Source: a virus (taxonomy: Duplodnaviria; Caudoviricetes). Taken from it: a DNA stretch of 38,538 nucleotides. Position 1 is the stretch's first letter. Each line of letters starts with the position of its first letter. The notes under the pieces are model-generated. The model saw only the letters and a program-made list of their open reading frames with translations. It ran no database searches and was not told where the DNA came from. The translations under genes were made by a program, and so were the position numbers. The stretch covers positions 1 through 38,538 of IMG/VR virus record IMGVR_UViG_3300020045_017512. The stretch is one strand, 5' to 3'. Positions 12,444-22,599 of this stretch are shown piece after piece.

Positions 12444-13055
12444 TTATTTATTAAGGTTATTATCTTCTTTTAAATTATTTATCATCTTTTCTTCATTTTT
12501 CTTTAAAATTTCTAAATCTGTATCTAAATCATTTTCAAATTTATATTCTTCTTGTTTTCTTAAATTATCTTTATCATTTCTTTTTTTACCTTCTTCAGTT
12601 AATTCATTATTTATATAATAAATTCAAGATTGATATTCAGTCAGTTGTTCAGGTGTATATTTTTTTAGTATTTCAGTTGGATCTAGATGAAATCTTTCTG
12701 AAAATCATATAATCCATCAACTCCAAGGTATTTTTCTATCTAGTTTTTCTTTTGCTTTTTCATCAAATGATTTTTCTTTCTTTTGTTTATAAAAATATCA
12801 TTTAAAAGCGGAATCTACTAATACTTCCCAAAGTTTAACTAAATCCAATTTAAAAAAAGACTCTTTATTTAGTTTTCAATTACTATATTTATTTAATAAT
12901 TGATACATTCATTCTTTGATCTTTTCTGAATCTCAGTCTGTTTCGATATCAAATTCTAAACACTCATAGTAAGAAAGTTGAGGGTAAGTAATAATATTTC
13001 ATTCAATTTCAATTTGAAATTCTTTTTTAATTAACTTTTTTAATTCTTCTTTCAT
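12444..13055 (-). CDS. Tail assembly chaperone (single ORF, 203 aa)
   Basis: Immediately upstream of the tape measure gene; C-terminal half resembles gpT (LDPTEILKKYTPEQL). Confidence 0.65.
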
Positions 13056-13076
13056 ATTTTATATTATATACTATAA

Positions 13077-13850
13077 TTAACTTAATTTCTCAAGAATGTA
13101 ACTTTTAAAGTTACTTGAGATCTTAGAATCGTATTTAATTATTTGAACTAATTTATTTTTTAAAAGTTCTTCTTCTTTTGTTATTCTATAATTTATTGCT
13201 ACTCTTCTTTTTCATTCTATTTTACTTCATTTATTAAACTGTTCATCTTGTTTTCTTCGTAAATGAATATTTTTTTTCATTATATTATTATATAATATAA
13301 GAATTTCTTGATTTGATCAACTATAACTTTTAATTAAATCAATTAAATACTTATTCTCTTCATTAGTAAAAGTATCTTCAATATAACTATTATCTGATGG
13401 AAGAATATCATAATAATTAGTATCTTCTCATTCAGAATTTGATGTAGTATTATCCAGTGAATAAACTTGATATTTTTCAGCTTGATTTCTTTTATGTTCT
13501 AATTGTTTTGCATATTTAGCAACTTGTAAATATATATGTGTAGATGTAATTTGTTTTAATACAGAAGTTCTTTTATTTTCTAACTTGGTTTTCTTAACAT
13601 TTTTAGGAGGTACTGTTAATAAAAAGTAACATTCTTGTAAAATATGTATAATATCATCTGTTAAATATTCTAATTTATCTTTTCTACTTGTAATATAATC
13701 TGGAATACTAATTGTTTTATATGAAATAAATAGATTAGCTATATAAGTAAATAGATCTAAATATTTACTTTCAAAGTTCTCTAAAGTAATAATCATATTA
13801 GTATTTAATTCTCAAGATTTAGAGTTTTTTATAATTTTCTTAGTAACCAT
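13077..13850 (-). CDS. Second sigma-factor-like protein (257 aa)
   Basis: Extends track ORF 13428-13796 in code 25; DDIIHILQECY (region-2-like) and YSLDNTTSNSEGEDTNYCDILP (region-3.2-like SLD...GED...D.L). Confidence 0.55.
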
Positions 13851-13920
13851 ATCAAATTTAAGTTTAAAATATAAAGTAATATAAATAGTATATACAATCT
13901 TTTTAATAGTGTTAAAACTA

Positions 13921-13953
13921 AAAAATAGATGTATATTTCTATACATCTATTTT
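13921..13953 (-). terminator. Intrinsic terminator after the major tail gene
   Basis: AAAAATAGATGTA/TACATCTATTTTT stem-loop. Confidence 0.75.
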
Positions 13954-13973
13954 TATATTGATTAGCTCTCTAA

Positions 13974-14750
13974 TTAAGAAAGAATTTCGTTATTAACAAG
14001 TGTTTGAGAACCAACATTAGATTCGAAAGTTATTGTAGCTCATTTTAAATCTCCAGCTTGAAATACATCTAAGAAAGACATATTATAAGGTGACATGAAT
14101 TTAGCATTAGTTACTCTAACTGTAATTTCTCTTCAAGTTGAATCTGGTGCAACTATTTTAACATCAAAGTTCTTAACTTCAGTAGATTTATTTTCAATTA
14201 CAAAATTTTCAGAAGTAGCAGGAGTATAATCATAAGTAATTGTAATTGTTTGATTAGTTGTAGTTACAGTAGTACTATCTTTAATAACTATTGAACTAAC
14301 TCAATTTACAATAACAACTTCATAATCATCTTCTACAACTAAAGGTCAATCAACACTTCCTATTACAGAAGATACTGAAATAAGTGCATTATTAGCATTT
14401 TGATTTTGAATTTCATAAGCTGTACTATAAGCAAATCCTGCTCAAATTGATTGTACTGCTCAAGTTACTGGAGTTCAAGCTACATTAGTAGAAGTTCAAC
14501 TAAAAAGAAAAGCAAGAGTATCTCTACCCATATTTTCTAATAATTCACACTCTATTGTAGTTATTGGTCTAGTAACATTTAATACAACTCAATTATCATC
14601 AGTAATTACTTCAGCAATCTTACTTGCATCTATAGTAGAAACTAATCATCTAATAGATGAAAGTCTTTTATATACATCAGTAGAACCTGCTGGTCTAGCA
14701 TATAGAAATCCAATATATTTAGCTAATGTTTCTGGTTTAATAGCAGACAT
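13974..14750 (-). CDS. Major tail (tube) protein (258 aa)
   Basis: Position after the tail terminator; beta-rich, TITITYDYTPA; followed by its own terminator. Confidence 0.8.
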
Positions 14751-14868
14751 AGATATTTATTAGATTAGTAAATAATATATTTATCTCTTATGTGGAGTTT
14801 TAGAGACATTTTGTTATAATCTTTAAGTAATTATATTGAAGATACTAAATATCTAACTAATTGATTTT

Positions 14869-15084
14869 CTATAATAGAATTATATCTCACTTTTTAACAA
14901 AATATCAATCTTTTAAACTATTATATATTTCTTTTGAAACATTACTAATTCAAAAATATTTAGTATTTCAAATTATTGTATCAATTTTAAAGTTAATAGT
15001 ATATATTTTTTCTTTTTTTTCAATAATAGTAGATTCTACTTTACTATCTTTAATTTTACTCTTCTTAGTATTCATTCAAATCAT
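14869..15084 (-). CDS. Small hypothetical protein (71 aa)
   Basis: Code-25 ORF overlapping the stop of the upstream gene. Confidence 0.55.
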
Positions 15085-15454
15085 AGTTAAATATAAAATC
15101 TCTACTAATTGTTTTTCTATTTAAATTATTAACTCAATCAATTCATCAATTTGTACTAATTGTATGATATTTAAAATTTCATATTACATTAGTTTTCATT
15201 AACTTTTCTGTAATTAACTTATCAATAGTATTAAGAATTGTATACTGTTTAGAATTAACTAAAAGAATTTGAATTCTTGATTTTTTTTCAACTATACTTA
15301 CATCATTAACAGAAATAATTCTAAATATACAATATACTGTTCATTCAGTTGGAATATCATCAGGAGCCCCTATACTATATCATCAAGGTATTAAAGTATT
15401 TATACTTGAATCAAGTTTTAGAACTTTAATTATTTCTTGTATATTTTCTATCAT
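15065..15454 (-). CDS. Tail terminator / tail completion protein (129 aa)
   Basis: Size, synteny and the APDDIP...YCIFRII...SRIQI pattern. Confidence 0.65.
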
Positions 15455-15493
15455 TTTTCTATTTATTATTATATACTATAGTAGTAAAGTTAG

Positions 15494-15829
15494 TTAATTT
15501 ATCATTCAAACAGTAATTTCTTTTCATAATTTTCAGTTTAATTCATCATAAACTTGTCTAATCATTCAAGCACCTTCTCAAGTATAAATTTCATTTTCTA
15601 AATGATAATTATATTCTTTTCATTTAACTCAATATTCAACAAAACTAGCATATTCTTTTTTATCAAAAGTTAAATCAATTTCAAAATCTGATATTTTCTT
15701 TTGAGTTAAACTTTTCTTTAAATCTCAAGTATCAATAGGTGTTTTATCTTTAACTAACTGTTCAGCATGATTTACTATTCTTTGTAGATTTCTAGCTACT
15801 ATTTCTTTATATTGATCATTTAGAGACAT
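15494..15829 (-). CDS. HK97 gp10-family neck protein (111 aa)
   Basis: TPIDTGDLKKS and YASFVEYG motifs (G = TGA). Confidence 0.85.
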
Positions 15830-16173
15830 TATATATTTTTTAATACTAATGTAATACAATCAATTTGTCAAGAAATATAGTTTTCTTTAGGAGCTATATC
15901 AATAATAAATTTTCATATTACTCAAAATGCTGTAGAAACTTCTACTGTTTGTCCTTGTCTTACATTTAATTTATCTGCTTGTATTGTTAATTTAGTCTTT
16001 GTATTATCAGTATTTAATCAAATTTGAGTTTTTTGATATCCTCATCAAATAGAATATAAATGACAAGGTATATTAGAGTAAACAGTACTTTGTGTAGTAT
16101 ATGCATCTCAATTATCATTTACTTTTACATCTTGTGTAATAGTACAAGTATGAGTTAAGAAATCAATTAACAT
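15829..16173 (-). CDS. Head closure (stopper) protein (114 aa)
   Basis: LTHTCTI...VYSNIPC; TAATG overlap with the next gene; synteny. Confidence 0.7.
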
Positions 16174-16188
16174 TCTATTTAGATTAAA

Positions 16189-16635
16189 TTATATTTCTTG
16201 AGAAAGAAAGATTTGTTTATATTGTTTTAAGATATTTATTGCAATATCTGGAATTACAGTAGTTATATTATTAGAAGTGTTACTTACTTTATAACTAATT
16301 GATCTATCACCATCACTTTCGGAAGTAATAATTCAAGGTAAAGTATTATTAACACTTATTCATTTTTTTTGTAAACTTTCTGTAATATACATTACAGACT
16401 GTTTAATATCTAATTGATCTAATTCACTTAAAATACATAGACTTCTTTCATCTAAATATGGAAAATAGGTAAAACTATATCATAGATATTTATCTACTTC
16501 TGATTCAGCTTTAACTATTAGAATTTGTATTTCTGTATCTGTTAATGCTAAAAGAGTAGTACTCTTACTACTAGCTTTTAATTCTGCTACAGATAAGTAT
16601 CTTGGTGTAAGTAAAAATATACTAGAAGTAGTCAT
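16189..16635 (-). CDS. Head-tail adaptor (SPP1 gp15-like, 148 aa)
   Basis: YLSVAELK...KAESEVDKYLG...DIKQSV...SESDGDRSISY...ILKQY. Confidence 0.8.
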
Positions 16636-16665
16636 CTTTAAAGAAATTATTTATTTAAATTTTCT

Positions 16666-16741
16666 TGGTCAAAGTAGAAAGAGTTGCACTTTCGTTCTCC
16701 AATTCCCAAAATTGGCGGGTTAACTACTACCCTATACTCTG
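16666..16741 (-). tRNA. tRNA-Pro(UGG)
   Basis: Cloverleaf CAGAGTA...CCAAT-TT-TGG-GA-ATTGG...TACTTTG-A-CCA; atypical T-loop TGCAACT. Confidence 0.85.
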
Positions 16742-16742
16742 T

Positions 16743-16817
16743 TGGTCCTTACAAAAAGAATTGAACTTTCGCTACTAGAGTGACAGTCTAGCGTACTAAC
16801 CACTATACGATGTAAGG
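16743..16817 (-). tRNA. tRNA-Asp(GUC)
   Basis: CTAGA-CT-GTC-AC-TCTAG anticodon arm, TTCAATT T-loop, encoded CCA. Confidence 0.88.
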
Positions 16818-16820
16818 AAA

Positions 16821-16894
16821 TGGTTGCAGATGTGAGAGTCGAACTCACTACTCAAGCTTATGAGGCTTATATGTTACCGTTACACTAATCTGCG
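16821..16894 (-). tRNA. tRNA-Met(CAU), initiator-like
   Basis: TAAGC-CT-CAT-AA-GCTTG anticodon arm, C1:A72 mismatch, encoded CCA. Confidence 0.88.
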
Positions 16895-17008
16895 ATATTA
16901 GATATTCTAAAAAAGAATATCTTTACTGTTTTACTATTTCAAATAAAACTTCTCTTGTTCTATAAGATAAAACTTATAGAATCTCAGCTAATTCTAAGTT
17001 TAGCAACT

Positions 17009-17084
17009 TGGAGCTATCTTTCAGAATCGAACTGAAAACCTTCTGTTTACAAGACAGATGCTCTGCCAATTGAGCTAAGATAGC
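17009..17084 (-). tRNA. tRNA-Thr(UGU)
   Basis: Canonical cloverleaf GCTATCT...TCTGT-CT-TGT-AA-ACAGA...AGATAGC-T-CCA. Confidence 0.93.
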
Positions 17085-17432
17085 ATATTATTTAGAATGG
17101 ATTCGGTAACATTCTAAATAATAACTAATTTCGACTATGAAACGAAATATATTTGAAATTCTTCTAACCATAGTATCTCTAAAATACTCAGAATCGAACT
17201 GAAAAGAACTTATTTTAATTAGCAATTTTACATATCTCAGATACAACTAATTTATTATAAGAGAATTATTCAAGAAAAGTCTTTTTTCATTAAGCGAAGT
17301 AACTTTTCTTACTATCATCTTATCATATATTTATTATATACTATTTTTTTAGATTATCTTAGTAGTATCAAATAAGATTTCAATAGTATTTTTATCAATA
17401 TCTTTAACTTTAATAAAATTACTAATTATCTT

Positions 17433-17693
17433 TTACTCTTCAAATATTTGATTATCATTAGTTATTTCGTATACTATTGCTTTTAATTCTAATAATAATG
17501 AATTTTGTTTCATTTCTTCTATTCTTATTTTAATATTTGTTAATTCTAAATTTAATATTTCTATAAATTCAGATGCATAACTTGTTCAGTTTTTTTCTTT
17601 ATTATCAAATTCATTAAGAATTTTTTCAATTCTTAATTGATAATCAATTAGTTCTAAAAACTCTGTATATCTATTTAATCTATGATTGTGCAT
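17433..17693 (-). CDS. Hypothetical protein (86 aa)
   Basis: Code-25 ORF in a run of small accessory genes (17433-18963). Confidence 0.55.
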
Positions 17694-18036
17694 ATAGTTA
17701 TTTTTTATTATTGTTAAAATTATTTTTTATTTTATTATATTTTCGAATACGAATATAGGGATAAAATAGAGGAAGTATAGTAAATATCCAAAGTGTTAAT
17801 TGAACATCTTTATTATTATAAGCAAGTATTATTAAATCTTTCATATTACTAGTTGTTAATTTTTCTTAATGTTCATTTAACTGTTTCTCTAAATAGTTCC
17901 TGTAAATCTAAATTTTTATATCTAAGTTCTCTAATTTGTTCTTCTAGTTTTGTAATTAAATCAATATTTTTAAAATATTCTTGATTTATATATAATTGTG
18001 TTTTAGTTATCATAATTTTGTTAATTAGTAAATAAA

Positions 18037-18237
18037 TTATTTTTTTCTTTGTTTTTTCTGCATTTCTTTCGTTAATTTTTTTCTTTTCTTATCTTTATCC
18101 TTTCTTTTTTTATATTTTAACTCTCTTGTAATAGTAGTTCTAAGAATTTTCTCCCAAATTTCTTTTAAAGTTTGATTAGGATATACTTCTTGTAATTTTT
18201 TATCTATTTCATTAAGTTCTTCTACATATGGAGTCAT
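18037..18237 (-). CDS. Small basic hypothetical protein (66 aa)
   Basis: Present in the ORF track; on the coding strand. Confidence 0.6.
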   Translation of the reverse strand: MTPYVEELNEIDKKLQEVYPNQTLKEIWEKILRTTITRELKYKKRKDKDKKRKKLTKEMQKKQRKK

Positions 18238-19252
18238 ATTCTTTTTTTAATTAAATATTATACTTTCAATACTTCTTATCTAATCTCTTGTTTATACTTC
18301 TTGATATCATTTCAGATAATATACATTCTAAATCAAAATTAGTTAGTCAAAGTTTTCAAGCTTCTCTTATAATTTCGTATTTTAATTTATGACTCTTTCC
18401 ATCAAAATCTATTCTTTTATCATTTATCATAGTTCTATTTTTTATTAGTTAATTTTTTCTTAAGTTTTTCTTTTTTTCTTCTATCAATAAACTTCTTATC
18501 TCTTTCTAATCATCTTTGATAAACTAATCTCATTATTTCAATATCTAGTTTTCTTGGATGTTTTCTTTTATAATCATTAAAGACTTCTATCATTGATTTA
18601 ATTAAATTTCTCATAGTAGATTAAGTTAAATAAATAGTAGTTAATTAGTTTTAATCATTCACATAGTCTATCATAAGAATGCCTTCTTCAGAGATTTCAT
18701 TATTTTCTCAAATATAAGAAATTTCTATATTATCTATATTTAAATATTGGTCTAAATACGAACTTTTTAGATTGATTATTTAATTTTATCAATTATAATA
18801 TATCTTCTTTTCATTCTATATCTAGTAATCTCTTAATTCTAGATAAATCTTTCTTTCACCAGAATAGATTAACTTCATTAACTAATAATCAATTTTCTTT
18901 CTGTTTAATCAGTCAAACTATATAATTATATTGATTTTTAAGATAAGTTAAATCTTGATTCATTTTATTATTGTTAATTATAAGATAAATATATTTTATA
19001 CAATTATCTAAAAACTTATTTAAATTAGTTATATCAATTGATAAATCTTTCTCTTATAGATTATACCAATTTATATAAATCTCTTTGAGATCAATTAGTT
19101 TTAATACTGATTCTATAATTTTAATTACTATATAGATATTAAAAATATATCTTTCTATTCTTATCTTAGTTACAATTATTATTTTTACTGATAATATAGA
19201 AAATAATAATTATAACTACTTTCTTAATAAATAGTAATCTATATCAATAAGA

Positions 19253-19480
19253 TTAAAATATGAAAATCTAAATGAAACTTTTTAATTTAAAAGAATAATT
19301 ACTATTAAAGAAGAAAATAAATAAATCATATATATGATTATAAAAAGATTTAAAAAAAATGAAAGATTATATTTTTCTATTATAATTTATATATATTGAA
19401 AAACGAGACAAAACACGAACTAAATCTTTTATTTTAAATTGATAAATAAGATATTTAATTTATAATATAATCAAAATTCT
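19253..19480. repeat. Dispersed non-coding repeat of about 230 nt; second copy at about 33298-33520
   Basis: Shared blocks TTTAATTTAAAAGAATAATTACTATTAAAGAAGAAAATAAATAAA, TATATTTTTCTATTATAATTTATATATATTGAAAA and AAACACGAAC. Confidence 0.9.
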
Positions 19481-19632
19481 ATTGGTAAAATAGATTTAGA
19501 CTAAAAAATCTAAAAAAAGATCTATATTTTACTATAAATCTTTTTATATACTTAAAATGTATTGAAATTATGTTTATATACTTCTAATTCATAGAAATAT
19601 TGTTTATATACGTAAAATTCATATAATATTAT

Positions 19633-20187
19633 TTATACTTTTCTTTGTTCAAGATCTCATTTAGTATCAATATATCTTGAAATTCAAATCTCAATTAAAT
19701 CTTTTATATCTCAAGCAGTAATTGTTTTAGTATAATCAGAATCAACTGTATTAAATATTTTTACTCTTTTTACTTTAATATATTCTTTCATAGTTTTGTT
19801 AATTATAGAAATAAGATCTTCTTTTTTAATATAAATAGTTCAATCATCCTCAAAATGAGCAGTTTCTTTAGGTTTAAGATTTCTAATTCAATATTTTTTA
19901 GCAATTTCTATTAAAGAATCATAATCTCAATTCCAAGAAGGAGTTCATTTACTATCTTTAAATACTATATCTACTGCATTACCAGTTAAATGATTACTTA
20001 ATAAAGTCCAAGTTACTTTATTTCAAGGTTTAGATCTACCTTGTGCATATAGAGAAGCTTGTCTAGCTTTACTTCTTAATCATTCAAAGATTATAATATC
20101 AAATCATTTATCTTTAGCTTCTTGTAAAAAATCAATTACTTTTAACTTAAAATTAGATTGTAAGCGATTTATATCTTTATCTATCAT
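19633..20187 (-). CDS. Endolysin, M15-family L-Ala-D-Glu peptidase (Ply500-like, 184 aa)
   Basis: FEGLRSKARQASLYAQGRSKPGNKVTW...SNHLTGNAVD...ETAHFE. Confidence 0.92.
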
Positions 20188-20331
20188 CTTATATTTAATT
20201 AGGTATAAAAGTTTTTATAGTTTCTCTCCATCTTCTTTTAAATTCTTTTCGTTCTTCTTTTGTCCAAGGTTTTTCACTATGAAATATTTCACTAAAGTCT
20301 TTTTTTTTAATATCTTCTTTTAATTCTTTAG

Positions 20332-20721
20332 TTATTTTCATTTTAATTGTTTTATTACTTCATTATAAAAGTATTCTTGTAAATATGCAAAAACTTCATC
20401 ATTTTCTAGATCAGTATCTAAATTTATAAGATTAAGTATATTAAAAACTAAATGAGCTAATTCATGAACTAGAGGACCTAAATTTGTAATATCTTTAACC
20501 CAAATAAAATTTCTATTATAACCTTCTTGATAAATATATTTTCAACCTAAACAATCTCCTAATTCTTCATTTCGTCTATTAGTAATATTCCACTTATTAT
20601 TAAACATACTAAATCTATCTAATGCTTCTTGAAATGTACAATTATAATATAATTCAAGATTAGTTTTAAAAACTGGTTCAAATATTTTTAATTGTACTAA
20701 AGTATCTATTTTTTTCTTCAT
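20332..20721 (-). CDS. HEXXH zinc-metallopeptidase-like phage protein (129 aa)
   Basis: LVHELAH...NDEVFAYL. Confidence 0.75.
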
Positions 20722-20757
20722 TTATAAAAAATTAAATGTTAATATTTAAAATATATA

Positions 20758-21207
20758 CTAATTACTTAATTCTTCTATTTTTATATTAGTAGCTCACATT
20801 TCAATCATCTTATTAACAGAAATATATCAAGCTACTATATTCTGTTTAATTCGTATTGTATAAATTCAATCAGTAGTTTTAACTTGTTTATTTATACTAT
20901 CAACTTCAGTAATAATAGCAAGATGTCAATATTTATATCACATTGTTCATTTTCATTGAAAGTTTTTAGTATATCTATTGATTACTACTATCTCTCAAAC
21001 TTCTGGATTTTCTCGTTTATCGATATGACTAGTATATGTATATGCATCTCATCTATGATTTAATCAGATTGCTTTTACTACATTACTAGCACAGTAATTT
21101 TTTTTGGCTTTAGACCAGTTTAGATTTGTTAAATCGTATCAGTATATAGTATTAACAAAAGAATTAAAGAGTAATATTGTTAATACTATTTTCGATAGAT
21201 ATTTCAT
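20758..21207 (-). CDS. CHAP-domain amidase/peptidase with N-terminal signal/TM segment (149 aa)
   Basis: Hydrophobic N-terminus, then YCASNV...GDA...PEVGEIVV...YGHLAII.EVD...GYI. Confidence 0.8.
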
Positions 21208-21801
21208 TTAGTTAAATTATGAATAAAGTACAAAATCGTGTCTTAATGATTTGACTTTGTATTACTCAATACTTCTAAAATATTTTCGTTATATATAGAT
21301 GTTAATGAGTATTTTATCTCTTAATGATTTTATTTTAGATTACTTAAATCAATATCATTAAATGATGTATCGATTCTATCTGATAAATCTAAAAGTTTAT
21401 CTTGAGTACTTTGAGTTAACAAAGAGTTTGGTGATTGAATGATTCAATATATCACACTTCAGAATAAAATCAAGAGAATAAGCAGTTTTACGTATTTTTT
21501 CATTGATTATCAATGTTATGTATTAAAGGTATTGAACTAATTATAAGATCTTGTAATAAAACTTCAACTTTTTCATTAGTTCATTTAATAAGACAAAGTA
21601 AAGGATATGATAAAGTCATTCATTCTCTTTGTAATATTTTTAAAGATAAGTTATTTGTATTAACTACATCAACTTCTTTTCATCTGTAATAAGTATAAGT
21701 AGATTCCATAATAGAATTAGTTATAAATTAAATTATCTATATTTTTCGTTATATTATAATTTTATTTAAAAAATATATTATTTTAAGATTGTATACAAAA
21801 T

Positions 21802-22503
21802 TTAAAATTTAGATTCAATTTGTTTTACTAGTCAGTTTACAATTTCACTCATTATTGCAGATATGTCATCTAGTTTTTGGTTGATAACTGCAGTTTTATC
21901 TAGATCTTTACTATATTCTTTTGAAAAGAATACTTCATAAACATCTTCTAAAAATTTATTCCAATCTTTAGTACTTTTCATTACTCACAATAAAACTTCT
22001 CAAATATTTCAAGCAGGAGTAGCAAATCAAGATAATATTGATGCTTCTTGTTGAGTTATCTTCTCAAATTCAGCTTTAATTTGTAATTTTAAACTATCTT
22101 TTCTTGTTTGAATTCAATTTATCTCTAATTTATTCTTTAAAAAGAGAATCTTAGCTCTGATATGTTTATCTAATACAGCTCTAAATATTACTAGTGTTTG
22201 TTCTTGTGATAGAGTTGTTTTTCAAAAATTTTGTTGTAATTCTTTAAATTGTTCTTTATCATCAGCTTCGTGTTTTATAAATCTTGTAACTAAATCTTTT
22301 TGTAATGTTCTTTCTTCAATTTCATGTTTATTAAATGTAGAAATAAAAGTTTCTCATAACGTAGAAAGTGAAACTACAGTATCTTTTTTTAATGTTTTTA
22401 AAGAAGAGTTTAATGTTCTTGTTTGATACACAATTACTCAAATTAGAATAATTGATGTAAACATATCTTTATTTGCTAATGCTAAATTAAGAAATTCAAT
22501 CAT
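21802..22503 (-). CDS. Putative holin (one N-terminal TM helix plus soluble domain, 233 aa)
   Basis: TM segment MFTSIILIGVIVY; lies between the fibre gene and the lysins. The function is inferred from position only. Confidence 0.5.
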
Positions 22504-22599
22504 ATTTGTTTTTATTTATAAGATATTTAAACTAGGTTTTATAGTAAGAAGAGACGAAAACTATTAGATTTTCATCTCTTTATTTACTATTATTTTATG

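Noticed and set aside
19543-19638. Mini CRISPR array
   Set aside because: The period is only 30 bp with a 9-bp core and similar spacers, and there are no cas genes.
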